From an uncultured Bacilli bacterium (GTDB taxonomy: Bacteria > Bacillota_I > Bacilli_A > RF39 > UBA660), in assembly GCA_947626445.1 (NCBI GenBank), contig CANQSC010000002.1, positions 1-36,024 on the forward strand: a DNA stretch of 36,024 bases, in the 5' to 3' direction. Positions 1 through 9,095 of this stretch are shown piece by piece. The position numbers and the translations under genes were made by a program. The stretch's first letter is position 1. Each line of letters opens with the position of its first letter. Under the pieces are notes generated by a model. The model did not search any database. It was not told where the DNA came from and was given only the letters and a program-made list of their open reading frames with translations.

Positions 1-13
1 AATTTTTTCTTCA

Positions 14-793
14 TTATATTTCAAACCCTCTTTCATTATTTAAATAATTATCATCATTAAATCTTGTTTGAAGATCCATGTAACCAACTATTTTATACTC
101 ACCATCATTTATATCTATTACATCCTCTAAACCTAATCTTTCAACTTCTAACTTAAACTTTTCAAAATCTTCATTTGTATATTCTTCTGAATAAAAATCG
201 TTCCAATCTTCTTCTGATATATGACACATTCCAGAATCAGCCGCACATACACCAGTATAAATTTCTTGTAATAAATTAGAACACTGACTAATTTTTGGTA
301 ATTCCAAATATTTATCAAAATCATTATAAAGTAATTGTTTTAAAGAATTTTTTATAAATTGTTCATTCATTTTTGAATCTTTATCACCTTTTGAATACCT
401 AATATCTGTTTCTTCATAACTTTCAATAATATTTGCTAATGATTTTTCATCTTTATATAATATTGCATTACAATATAAATAATCATCATCAATCCAAGTA
501 TTTAATATTTCTATACTTCTGTGTAAATAGTTTTCGTTGTACCATATTTCAAATTTATTCCATTCTTCTTTTTTATACAAAACATCATCTAATAAAACTA
601 TTCCATACTGTTTTTTTAATCTCTCTGACTTCTCATATAATTTATCAACTTCTACATCTTGTTTACTCATTTCTTTAAAATACTTATTTAAATCTTTTTG
701 ATTACAGATAGTTTCTAAATATTTTCCTATAGAATCATATTTTTTATATCCTATATTTTTTCTAATATTTTCATAATCTTGTAATATACTCAT
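14..793 (-). CDS. hypothetical acidic protein, 259 aa
   Basis: Uninterrupted 780-nt ORF. ATG at 793 has AAGGGGGA (minus-strand reading of 801-808) 7 nt upstream. No motif recognised. Confidence 0.6.
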   Translation of the reverse strand: MSILQDYENIRKNIGYKKYDSIGKYLETICNQKDLNKYFKEMSKQDVEVDKLYEKSERLKKQYGIVLLDDVLYKKEEWNKFEIWYNENYLHRSIEILNTWIDDDYLYCNAILYKDEKSLANIIESYEETDIRYSKGDKDSKMNEQFIKNSLKQLLYNDFDKYLELPKISQCSNLLQEIYTGVCAADSGMCHISEEDWNDFYSEEYTNEDFEKFKLEVERLGLEDVIDINDGEYKIVGYMDLQTRFNDDNYLNNERGFEI

Positions 794-899
794 TTAAAAT
801 TCCCCCTTATTGCCAAAACAAAAAGACCATTACTGATCTTTTGTTATTTTTTTCTATCTTAAAAGGAATATCATTTTGATACTCCTCTTAATAATTAAA

Positions 900-1175
900 T
901 TACTTATTAACAACTTCTTTTAAAGCAGTTCCAGCTTTAAAACTAACACCTTTGCTAGCAGCAATTTTAATTGTTTCACCAGTTTGAGGGTTACGACCAG
1001 TTCTTGCTGCTCTTTCAGATATTTTAAAAACTCCAAATCCTGCTACTGTAACTTTTTCACCTTTTGCTAATTCATCTTTGAATAAATCAAAAGTAGCATT
1101 AAATACTTTTTCAGCATCTGCTTTTGATACATCAGCATTTTTAGCAATTGCTTCAATCATATCAGACTTTTTCAT
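900..1175 (-). CDS. hup: HU-family DNA-binding protein, 91 aa
   Basis: MKKSDMIEAIA...GFGVFKISERAARTGRNPQTGETIKIAASKGVSFKAG carries the HU/IHF beta-arm signature (R-x-G-R-N-P-x-T-G). I start it at ATG 1175 (GGGAGGTG 5 nt upstream) rather than the track start at 1190. Confidence 0.9.
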   Translation of the reverse strand: MKKSDMIEAIAKNADVSKADAEKVFNATFDLFKDELAKGEKVTVAGFGVFKISERAARTGRNPQTGETIKIAASKGVSFKAGTALKEVVNK

Positions 1176-1248
1176 CAATACACCTCCCATCCTAAGCCTA
1201 CGCTTTCAACAACATTTTAACATATTATTATATTTTTAAATAAAAAAA

Positions 1249-2691
1249 CTACATATTTTTTTCATATTCATTATCGGACAACATTTCATAAAATTGTTTT
1301 GCAGCATCTTCTGAATCTTTTGACAATCTTCTTAAAGCGTTAGACATTTTATCATGATTTTTATAACTCCCATAAATAAAAAAATTTTCTAACAATTTTA
1401 ATTTAAACTTCTTTCTATTATTTTGATAGTATTTATTACTTTTATCTTTATAAATAATAATAGCAATTTCTCCTATCACATCTTCAAAAGATATTTTATC
1501 AGTTTTCTTATTGGCCTTTCCTTTATTATAATGATAATTATATAAAGCATGATTAACGATTGCATTTAAAATATAATTATCTGTTTTTTCTAGTTTTGAT
1601 TGAATCATCTTATTATCAAAAGCACTCTCAAAACCAACATTTGAAATATTATTTCTTTTATCAATATCTAAAAATATATCATTAAGTTTTTCTATTGATT
1701 CATCAATTTCTTTTTTAGATAACTTTAATTCATTTTTAGAATCAAATAATTTATTTTTGATTTCATTTGTTAATTTTCGTATTTCTTTTCCAATTTCATT
1801 TTTTGGTAAAGAACCATATTTAATATATTTTTTATCTATTTCTCTTATTTGTTTTAATAAATATCCTAATCGAACAATATTTTCTTCTAAATCTAAATCT
1901 GAAATATTTTTCAAAGTAAAATTTCTATCTTTAGGGTTAAAATAACTTTGTAAATGTTTTAAATCTTCATTTATTTTAATAAGTGATGGCCTATATAATT
2001 TACTTCGTTCAATAGCAAGTGATACTTGTCTTTTCATAAAATTATTTTCATTATCATTTAATTTCAGTTTATATCTATGACCAAGTTTATTGTTTTTCAA
2101 TTTATAACACTTATTTTTTTCAACCCAAGCAATATGAAAATGATAATTATTTTCTCTATCACAATGAAGAGATACAACCCACTCCAAATTTTTTTCTGGA
2201 TCTTGATAACCAGAATATTTTAAAAACTTAGGCATTATTTTGGTAGTAATTTCTTTTTGTAACTCATCAATTGAAATATTTTCATCAACATAATCTTGAT
2301 ATAAAGATAACACTGCAAGATTTACATTACTATCTTCTAAATAGTTAGACCAACTTTTTTGCATTTCTAAAACTATATCATCAGTTATAAAACTTCCATC
2401 TTTTAGCATTGCCATTTTTTCCCTTCTCATTTTATTTCTTGTCATAATATCTTCTGATTTTTTTCCACCCATAAAATAATCAAGCATTGATGACTTTGCT
2501 TTCTTTTCATCTCGACTATAATCATAAAAACCACAAATATATTTTTTTAATTCTTTTCTGTAATGATTCTTATCTTTGCATTTGATATAATACCAATCTC
2601 CATTTTTATGTTTCTTATAAATTTTTAAATTATTAGAAGGATTATTTACTGAGTAATAAGGATGGTTTATAAATACAACTTTAGATTCCAT
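1249..2691 (-). CDS. conjugative relaxase / mobilisation nuclease, 480 aa
   Basis: Three-histidine relaxase motif H-C-D-R-E-N-N-Y-H-F-H (HxDx5HxH) is encoded at 2132-2166. The gene is TAATG-coupled to an upstream RHH gene and sits next to a palindrome-rich candidate oriT. Confidence 0.75.
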   Translation of the reverse strand: MESKVVFINHPYYSVNNPSNNLKIYKKHKNGDWYYIKCKDKNHYRKELKKYICGFYDYSRDEKKAKSSMLDYFMGGKKSEDIMTRNKMRREKMAMLKDGSFITDDIVLEMQKSWSNYLEDSNVNLAVLSLYQDYVDENISIDELQKEITTKIMPKFLKYSGYQDPEKNLEWVVSLHCDRENNYHFHIAWVEKNKCYKLKNNKLGHRYKLKLNDNENNFMKRQVSLAIERSKLYRPSLIKINEDLKHLQSYFNPKDRNFTLKNISDLDLEENIVRLGYLLKQIREIDKKYIKYGSLPKNEIGKEIRKLTNEIKNKLFDSKNELKLSKKEIDESIEKLNDIFLDIDKRNNISNVGFESAFDNKMIQSKLEKTDNYILNAIVNHALYNYHYNKGKANKKTDKISFEDVIGEIAIIIYKDKSNKYYQNNRKKFKLKLLENFFIYGSYKNHDKMSNALRRLSKDSEDAAKQFYEMLSDNEYEKNM

Positions 2692-2918
2692 TATTTTTTA
2701 GACAATATAAGTTCATCTAATTTATTTAAAATTTCTGTTTGCATATTTTTAATTTCCAAATTTTCTTCTAACTTTATTAAACCTAATTCTAAAAGTTCAA
2801 CTAAAAAATCATTTATAAAACTGTAATTAGTTTTTTTAAATTTAATGGAAATTATTTCATCAAGTTCTGTAGGTAAACTTATACTTCTCCTTTTAAAATT
2901 TTTTATTCTCTCACTCAT
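2691..2918 (-). CDS. ribbon-helix-helix (CopG/MobC-like) relaxosome accessory protein, 75 aa
   Basis: N-terminal KRRSISLPTELDEII has a beta-strand plus helix RHH pattern. The stop overlaps the relaxase ATG. Confidence 0.55.
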   Translation of the reverse strand: MSERIKNFKRRSISLPTELDEIISIKFKKTNYSFINDFLVELLELGLIKLEENLEIKNMQTEILNKLDELILSKK

Positions 2919-2921
2919 AAA

Positions 2922-3242
2922 CTAATCCATAATTTTGTCTAAATAAAAATTATTATTCTGATAAAATCTTAAAAGTCCTTGCTCAGTTTTTACATCTTGA
3001 TCAACTGGAAATTCCATATTTGCATAAAATTGTTCTAACAATTTTTTTTGAATATTTTCTCTATAAATTATTCTATTTAATTTGTTATTTATATCTAGCA
3101 ACAAATCATTTCTTGAATCTAATTTTACTGCAAGTGCAATACATTTTCTAATTGCATCTGATTTACTTTTGATATTATTCTGTTTCATAAATTGCAATAA
3201 TAAAAGATTATCTTTTTCATATAAATTGACACTAAATTTCAT
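2922..3242 (-). CDS. second RHH-like small protein, 106 aa
   Basis: MKFSVNLYEKDNLLLLQFMKQNNIKSKSDAIRKCIALAV has an RHH-like pattern. The start is reset to ATG 3242, which has AGGGGGA 8 nt upstream. The track start at 3311 has no SD. Confidence 0.5.
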   Translation of the reverse strand: MKFSVNLYEKDNLLLLQFMKQNNIKSKSDAIRKCIALAVKLDSRNDLLLDINNKLNRIIYRENIQKKLLEQFYANMEFPVDQDVKTEQGLLRFYQNNNFYLDKIMD

Positions 3243-3299
3243 GATTAAAATTCCCCCTTTTTTTAAAAATAGACATTTTTTTAAGGTCAACAGGATATG

Positions 3300-3395
3300 G
3301 GAATGCACCACGAAATTTCAAAATCCTTTAAATTAAAGGATTTTTCATTGTCGTTGTTGCACCACCAACACTTTTCGCACTTGCGAAAAGAACCT
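3300..3395. promoter_or_regulatory. candidate oriT / relaxosome binding region
   Basis: Contains a 25-nt perfect palindrome at 3320-3344 flanked by direct TGCACCAC copies (3304-3311 and 3358-3365). A 20-nt perfect palindrome follows at 3371-3390, and its minus-strand reading contains AAGTGCG. This is the only locally GC-enriched patch, and it lies directly upstream of the RHH-RHH-relaxase operon. Confidence 0.45.
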
Positions 3396-3484
3396 TTTTA
3401 TTGGTTTATAGGGTTCAAAATTGTAATAAATTTCTTTTTAATCCATATTTTAAAAGAAATTTTTATGAACTTTTTTTGAACCAA

Positions 3485-3949
3485 CTAACTGTTTTCCTCT
3501 TTTTTTCTATATTCAAGTTCTGCACCAATTTCTTGATTATTCTTGCTAAATTTTTCATTAATTTCTTCTAATTCTTTTTTGTATTCTTCATTTAATCTTT
3601 TAACTTCGGCAACTACTAATTTTAATTTTTTTTCACGATTTAATCCACTCATAATTTTCTTTTCATCATAATTTTTTATATCTTGCTCACTATTATAGTC
3701 ATAAAAAATATAATTAAATTTCCCTATTTTATTATCATAAACAAGTGTTATATTTTTGGCAGAAGTTTTAAATTCTAAATTAAAAAATCTTATCTTATCA
3801 ATGTTATCATTTTTTAAATAATAAACATCAAATTCAACTCCATAATGTTGTTTTACTAACTCCAATTTTTGTTTATATTTTAATTTTATTTTATCTTTTT
3901 CATTAATTTTTTGGTTCATTTTTTCTTCTAAATTGCTATTTTGATTCAT
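3485..3949 (-). CDS. hypothetical Lys/Glu-rich protein with likely coiled-coil ends, 154 aa
   Basis: ORF is ATGA-coupled to the upstream gene. No recognisable motif. Confidence 0.55.
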   Translation of the reverse strand: MNQNSNLEEKMNQKINEKDKIKLKYKQKLELVKQHYGVEFDVYYLKNDNIDKIRFFNLEFKTSAKNITLVYDNKIGKFNYIFYDYNSEQDIKNYDEKKIMSGLNREKKLKLVVAEVKRLNEEYKKELEEINEKFSKNNQEIGAELEYRKKEENS

Positions 3950-4152
3950 TATTTATCATCACTTTCTTGTGTATTTACACATATATATTTTTCAAAATAC
4001 TCATTAAAAGCATTTAAAAAATCTTCTTTATTTTTATATTTTCCTGACATTCCACCACCGTTTCCCAAATAATCATAATCAATAACTTTAACAAATTTTT
4101 CATCTAAATTAAATTCTATATTTATCGTAACTTTTCTTTTTTTCTTTCTCAT
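3949..4152 (-). CDS. hypothetical protein, 67 aa
   Basis: Short ORF overlapping both neighbours by 1-4 nt, which suggests operon coupling. Confidence 0.45.
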   Translation of the reverse strand: MRKKKRKVTINIEFNLDEKFVKVIDYDYLGNGGGMSGKYKNKEDFLNAFNEYFEKYICVNTQESDDK

Positions 4153-5138
4153 AATTCATAATCACCATCCTTTTGTTCTTCCATTTTTTTATCTATTATT
4201 AACTTAAAATTGTCATTGAAATAATTATAATTTTTTATGAAAATATCTTTATGATTTATCAAAGCATCATTCAAATCTTTACATTCTTCTGTATTAAAAT
4301 TAGATATTAAAGTTGTAGAAAAAGAACTAATATTCATATTTTTTAGTTCTTCTTTTACTATATCTTGATACATTAGTCCTGCCTTATCATTATCAAAAAC
4401 AAGCACTAAAGTACCTTTAAAATTTTTATCTTTTATAACTTTTAATAATCTTTTATAATTAGGAAGTCCATTTAGTGCAATAGTCTTTACACTAGGATCT
4501 ATTGTTTCTAATGATAAAGAATCTATAATACTTTCTGTTACATATATTAAATCTTTTTCATCCATATTATTTAGTAATTCTTCATTCCATAAATAACTTG
4601 TTCCTTTAGATTTTATTTTACTATCTCCTATAACACTTCTTGCAAAATAGCAGTTTTTATTAATTGGAAATATTACCATTTCTCTTTTATCATCAAAGCC
4701 TATATTATACTTTTTTAATAATTTTGAATCTATTTTTCTATCACTTAAATAATTAGTCTTTGTTATTTTTTCAATACATTTTTTATAATAATTCGTAAAA
4801 TCAACAACATTATTTTCTGTTTTCACAATATCTGCTTTTTTAAAAACTATATTTGAAATATTTGGATATAAACTTTGGGCTATTTCTAATTTATCTCTAA
4901 AAGAATTAACTCCATAATCTTGACCAATCAAATCAAAAATATCATATTTAATTCCACAACTAAAGCAATGACATATATTATATTTATCTGTATAGTTCAT
5001 ACTAGGATGCCTATCTTCGTGAGTAGGATTTAAACAAGTAAACTTATCTTTTAAATTCATGATATTATGCTTTCTCATTAAATAATCTGCAAGCATTGGT
5101 TTAAAATCATCTATATCCTTTCTACTAATTAAAGACAT
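4149..5138 (-). CDS. DNA primase, DnaG-like with CHC2 zinc finger and Toprim domain, 329 aa
   Basis: Zinc-finger pattern CLNPTHEDRHPSMNY...CHCFSCG. Toprim-like Glu in YVTESIIDS and DxD in VLVFDNDKAG. Confidence 0.8.
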   Translation of the reverse strand: MSLISRKDIDDFKPMLADYLMRKHNIMNLKDKFTCLNPTHEDRHPSMNYTDKYNICHCFSCGIKYDIFDLIGQDYGVNSFRDKLEIAQSLYPNISNIVFKKADIVKTENNVVDFTNYYKKCIEKITKTNYLSDRKIDSKLLKKYNIGFDDKREMVIFPINKNCYFARSVIGDSKIKSKGTSYLWNEELLNNMDEKDLIYVTESIIDSLSLETIDPSVKTIALNGLPNYKRLLKVIKDKNFKGTLVLVFDNDKAGLMYQDIVKEELKNMNISSFSTTLISNFNTEECKDLNDALINHKDIFIKNYNYFNDNFKLIIDKKMEEQKDGDYEL

Positions 5139-6088
5139 ATTTCCTCCTGCTTTTCTTTTGATTTATAGTTAGAGTCCTCATAAATAGTTTTCTTTCCATA
5201 AGTTATTTTAACAATATCCTCATAATGAAAATCAGTCCACCTGCCAAAAGTTTCTTCGTACAAATTTCTTTCGGTTACTTTTTCAATATTGTAACAAGAC
5301 AAATAAGAAGAATTATAACTATTTTTTAATGCAGCAGCATCATATTTAAAGGTTTGTTCAATCCCATCTTTATTAATTGTTATATTAACTGTTACACAAT
5401 TATTATCTTTAACAGCATCAACAATACTTTTTATTTTATGATACGGATGTTCTAAATTATCTTCGATTCTCTTTAATGCTTTTCTCTTTTCTTCAGTTAC
5501 AGTTAATCCTTTTAAAATTGATGTAACATTATCTAGGATAAATTCTCTAGTTTCTTCTTCTAAAAATGTATTCTTATCTGTTAAATAATCTAATAAATCT
5601 TTAGGTTTATCAGTAGAATATTTTTTATACGAATCTTCCAAAGTTAAAGATGTTTTACCATCCATAAAATCAGTTAATACATCTTTATCTTCGATTTCTA
5701 TAGCTATTTCTACATCTTCAATTTTAAATATATCATCTTTACTAGAATCAATTATTTCTTTTATTTTATCATTCATATCTTTATTTATCATATTATATAA
5801 TTCAGATGCACTAATAAATTTATTGTCATTATAATTCCAATTCAATAATTTGGCTCGTAATGAATATTCTAAATCAAAAAGTTTATCATTCTCTTTATCA
5901 TAAATACCGCTATATTTAAAAGGAGAACTTAAATCAAAAAGTTCCCCTCTATAATTATCTAATACATATAATATATCTAGTTTATCATTGCATTTAATTC
6001 TATTTACTATCATTTTTGAATCATCGTTATAACTAAATGTTTCTGTAATTCTATTACTTTTTAAAAAATCTAAAAATTCTTGTTCCAA
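5129..6088 (-). CDS. hypothetical acidic protein, 319 aa
   Basis: Long ORF overlapping the primase start by 10 nt. No motif recognised. Confidence 0.6.
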   Translation of the reverse strand: MEQEFLDFLKSNRITETFSYNDDSKMIVNRIKCNDKLDILYVLDNYRGELFDLSSPFKYSGIYDKENDKLFDLEYSLRAKLLNWNYNDNKFISASELYNMINKDMNDKIKEIIDSSKDDIFKIEDVEIAIEIEDKDVLTDFMDGKTSLTLEDSYKKYSTDKPKDLLDYLTDKNTFLEEETREFILDNVTSILKGLTVTEEKRKALKRIEDNLEHPYHKIKSIVDAVKDNNCVTVNITINKDGIEQTFKYDAAALKNSYNSSYLSCYNIEKVTERNLYEETFGRWTDFHYEDIVKITYGKKTIYEDSNYKSKEKQEEICL

Positions 6089-6123
6089 AACTATATACCC
6101 CCTTAATTTAAAAATTATTATTT

Positions 6124-6369
6124 TTATTTAGTATTATCAACATTAAATCTAGTTACAATTTCTTTCATCAATAATTCTTTAATTGCTAAAATATGTTTAT
6201 CAATTTCATCTTTAGAATTATCTTTTTTCTTTTCTAACTTTACTATATCTTTATTTATTGAATTAATTGCTTCATCAATAATTTTGTTTCTTTGTTCATA
6301 TAATGCAACTTTTGATTGTAGTTCTTGCATATCATTTATTAACTTATCAAAATTCATAGTCATCACCAT
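6124..6369 (-). CDS. hypothetical coiled-coil protein, about 77-81 aa
   Basis: ORF overlaps the end of the upstream gene. The real start may be ATG 6357 (MNFDK). Confidence 0.45.
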   Translation of the reverse strand: MVMTMNFDKLINDMQELQSKVALYEQRNKIIDEAINSINKDIVKLEKKKDNSKDEIDKHILAIKELLMKEIVTRFNVDNTK

Positions 6370-6655
6370 TACTAGATAGTTCTAAATCTTTTGGTTCTTC
6401 ATGTAAATCAATATTGTAAAATATTTCTTTATCAATTATACGAAAAAGAGATTCCTCTAATATATAAGACAAATTTTCTAATTTTTTTGTATCATATTTA
6501 TACAATACCTTATCATCACCAATATTTTCATCAACAAAATCAAGTTCTTTTGCAACTAATAAATATTTTGCTATATCTCTAATTGATAATTCATTTAATT
6601 TTTTATCACTTAATTCATTAAATATATCTTCAAAATCATAAAACGTATCATTCAT
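6347..6655 (-). CDS. hypothetical highly acidic protein, 102 aa
   Basis: ORF with a 4-nt overlap to the upstream gene. Asp/Glu rich. Confidence 0.5.
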   Translation of the reverse strand: MNDTFYDFEDIFNELSDKKLNELSIRDIAKYLLVAKELDFVDENIGDDKVLYKYDTKKLENLSYILEESLFRIIDKEIFYNIDLHEEPKDLELSSNGDDYEF

Positions 6656-7182
6656 AACTCTATTTCCTCTCTATTTAATTTTTTACTATAATAATTATTA
6701 ATCTCATCACACCAATCTTTTTCACTAATAAAACTAGAAGTACATTGCCAATCAACTATATCAAATACTATATCTGCAAATAAATTTATTAACTCATCAT
6801 CAAAATCTTTTGCCTCAATTGTATGCACAATACCATCTTTTTGATATATATAATAGTATTCTTCATATTCTAATGTTTTTCTTATTTCTTCTTTTATTGA
6901 GTTTGCAGTAGAGATTCCACCTTCATTTATTAATTTTTCTTTATTTTCATTTACATAATCAACAAATAATAAATCATCAAAACTACTTTCTGCAATATAG
7001 CAAACCTCATTTGGGTAATTTTTAAAATTATTATAATCTTTATAACAATAGCCGTTGAAAGTCCCAGATTGTAAATACATCTGCTGATTATCATACTTGG
7101 ATTTTGAATCATTTATTTTCACAATACTTCCTACATTTGCTTCATAAATAGTAGAAAATGAATTTCTATATAAATAACTCAT
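6652..7182 (-). CDS. hypothetical acidic protein, 176 aa
   Basis: ORF in the operon context. No motif recognised. Confidence 0.55.
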   Translation of the reverse strand: MSYLYRNSFSTIYEANVGSIVKINDSKSKYDNQQMYLQSGTFNGYCYKDYNNFKNYPNEVCYIAESSFDDLLFVDYVNENKEKLINEGGISTANSIKEEIRKTLEYEEYYYIYQKDGIVHTIEAKDFDDELINLFADIVFDIVDWQCTSSFISEKDWCDEINNYYSKKLNREEIEL

Positions 7183-7313
7183 ACTTCAATATCCTCACTT
7201 TTATCACTATTCTTAATTATTTTCTCTTGTAATTTTTTATTTTCTAATAATTTCAATGAATCGACAATAGTCTTTTTATCTAATACTTCTTTTGTTTCTA
7301 TCATAAATTTCAT
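7179..7313 (-). CDS. possible micro-ORF, 44 aa (MKFMIETKEVLDKK...SEDIEV)
   Basis: Hand translated and below the ORF-track cutoff. Its TGA overlaps the ATG of the 176-aa gene (ATGA). It overlaps the other micro-ORF in a different frame. Confidence 0.25.
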   Translation of the reverse strand: MKFMIETKEVLDKKTIVDSLKLLENKKLQEKIIKNSDKSEDIEV

Positions 7314-7407
7314 CTTCTTCTTTTGAACATTTACTGGAAATAATTAAACTATAATATAAAAAAAGAACAATTAAACTAATAACTATTCCTAATAAAATAA
7401 ACATCAT
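7276..7407 (-). CDS. possible single-pass membrane micro-protein, 43 aa (MMFILLGIVISLIVLFLYYSLII...)
   Basis: Hand translated. GGAGGAATTA (minus-strand reading of 7411-7420) lies directly upstream of the ATG at 7407. Hydrophobic N-terminal 24 aa followed by a charged tail. Confidence 0.35.
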   Translation of the reverse strand: MMFILLGIVISLIVLFLYYSLIISSKCSKEEDEIYDRNKRSIR

Positions 7408-7422
7408 TTTTAATTCCTCCTT

Positions 7423-7848
7423 CTAATATTCATAATCCAAGTCATTATTTCTTATTTTTTCAAGAATATTTTCATATAAATTATTTACTGTTTCTTCAAA
7501 GCCAAACCATGCCAACAAATTTTTATTTGAGTAATTAATTATTAAAGGATCTTCCTTATCAAATTTATCACCAAATAATTCTTCCATAGAGCAACCTGTT
7601 CCAGATATTATATTTGATAAAATATCATTAATCTCATCTTTATAATCATCAAAAAACTTAATGGTATCATCATAATAAATAAGCCCACCTATCATTCCTG
7701 ATACGCATCCATACTGTTGCAATTCTTCCATACTTCTTAATAAATCATCAGTAGACTCATAATCAACACTTTCATCAATATAGTAATCAATTACATGATT
7801 AGTAAGTCTATTATTACCTTTTAAATTTTCTAAAAAATCTTTAATCAT
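7423..7848 (-). CDS. hypothetical acidic protein, 141 aa
   Basis: ORF overlapping the upstream HTH gene by 8 nt. No motif recognised. Confidence 0.55.
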   Translation of the reverse strand: MIKDFLENLKGNNRLTNHVIDYYIDESVDYESTDDLLRSMEELQQYGCVSGMIGGLIYYDDTIKFFDDYKDEINDILSNIISGTGCSMEELFGDKFDKEDPLIINYSNKNLLAWFGFEETVNNLYENILEKIRNNDLDYEY

Positions 7849-8065
7849 TTACTTCACCATCTTCTAAATAAAAATAAATTGATGTATCTAAAACATCACA
7901 AATATTTAACACTTCAAAAAAATCTGGATTAGTATTGATTCCATTTTCTATATCTGCAATTGTTTCTCTATCTACATGAGATAATCTCTCTAATTTACCA
8001 CGAGACATTCCCCAAGATAGTCTTTCATATTTTAATTCTTTTCCAAAATTCTTTTTCCATTTCAT
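7841..8065 (-). CDS. XRE-family helix-turn-helix transcriptional regulator, 74 aa
   Basis: LKYERLSWGMSRGKLERLSHVDRETIADIENG matches the HTH_3 pattern (helix, turn, recognition helix, then I-x-x-I-E-x-G). Confidence 0.75.
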   Translation of the reverse strand: MKWKKNFGKELKYERLSWGMSRGKLERLSHVDRETIADIENGINTNPDFFEVLNICDVLDTSIYFYLEDGEVND

Positions 8066-8093
8066 TGTCTACTCCCCCTTTATAAAAAGAAAA

Positions 8094-9095
8094 TTACAAG
8101 TCATTTTCTTCATACTTTGTAAAATCTATATAAGCCATTGCATCTAATAAATTACCTTCACTATCTTTTAAACCTAAATGTAAATGCGGTCCTGTTGATG
8201 TTCCTGTTGTTGAAGTTCTACCTAATAAATCGCCTTTTTTTACTATCATTTGTTCTCTCATATTAAACGGTTGGCTTTTATATTGAAGATGCCAATACAT
8301 TGCTGTAAAACCATTATTGCAAGTTACCATCATATAATTTCCAGTAGAATTACCAGATTCTTTATATGGAAGATCGTTTGCTTGGGTATTGGTTACATTA
8401 GATATAGTTCCATCACACATACTATAAAAATTTGTTCCAATTGGTACTGCTAAATCCCAACCAGAATGAGCATCGTTTAATTGCTGTGATTCACTAAGGT
8501 CTACACTTCTTTGTTCAAAAACAATTGATGTTATTTCAAAATCTTTCTTTAATGGAAACGAAAAAGGAAGTGGATAATATACTTCATCATAAGCACTACT
8601 TTCTGTAATGTCTTTACCATCAACTGTGCATAAATCTATAACATCAATCGCAACACCATTTTCATTTACACCATTTTCTAATGTAAATGTTGGAATATTA
8701 GAGTTACTTTTTAAGTTTTTACAAATAGTTTTAATTGGAATCATTTGTTTTTCTTCTGCATTTATATTGTCTAAATATGCTTTATCCCATACTTCATAAC
8801 TTAATGTAGAAGTATCTAAAATATTGTTTGTTCTTTGAAGATAAAATACTATTCTTTCTAAAGAAACATAGCCTTTAGATAACAAGTATTTATCTAATAA
8901 ACTTCTATATCTTTCAGCATATATTTGATTATTAATAACAGTAGAATTTGCTCTCATTTGATTTACTTGTTCTTCAACGTATGCCTCACCAACTTTATAA
9001 CCACACACTGCTGCAACAACAAGAAATAAAAAAGTTAATATTGAAGCAACCGCAACTGCAACTATAATTATTTTTATCTTAATAATTTTACCCAT
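8094..9095 (-). CDS. membrane-anchored M23 (LytM-type) peptidoglycan hydrolase, T4SS-associated, 333 aa
   Basis: N-terminal TM segment IIIVAVAVASILTFLFLVVAAV. M23 metal ligands HSGWD (HxxxD) and GPHLHLG (HxH, encoded at 8173-8193). Directly downstream of the VirB4-like gene. Confidence 0.85.
   Translation of the reverse strand: MGKIIKIKIIIVAVAVASILTFLFLVVAAVCGYKVGEAYVEEQVNQMRANSTVINNQIYAERYRSLLDKYLLSKGYVSLERIVFYLQRTNNILDTSTLSYEVWDKAYLDNINAEEKQMIPIKTICKNLKSNSNIPTFTLENGVNENGVAIDVIDLCTVDGKDITESSAYDEVYYPLPFSFPLKKDFEITSIVFEQRSVDLSESQQLNDAHSGWDLAVPIGTNFYSMCDGTISNVTNTQANDLPYKESGNSTGNYMMVTCNNGFTAMYWHLQYKSQPFNMREQMIVKKGDLLGRTSTTGTSTGPHLHLGLKDSEGNLLDAMAYIDFTKYEENDL

Noticed and set aside
6652-7182. 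176-aa acidic protein considered as an ArdA anti-restriction protein. The 102-, 141- and 259-aa acidic ORFs were considered too.
   Set aside because: Size and charge fit, but I could not align the characteristic ArdA N-terminal pattern (V/IYV.NLG.YN.G.L.G.W). These ORFs are left as hypothetical.
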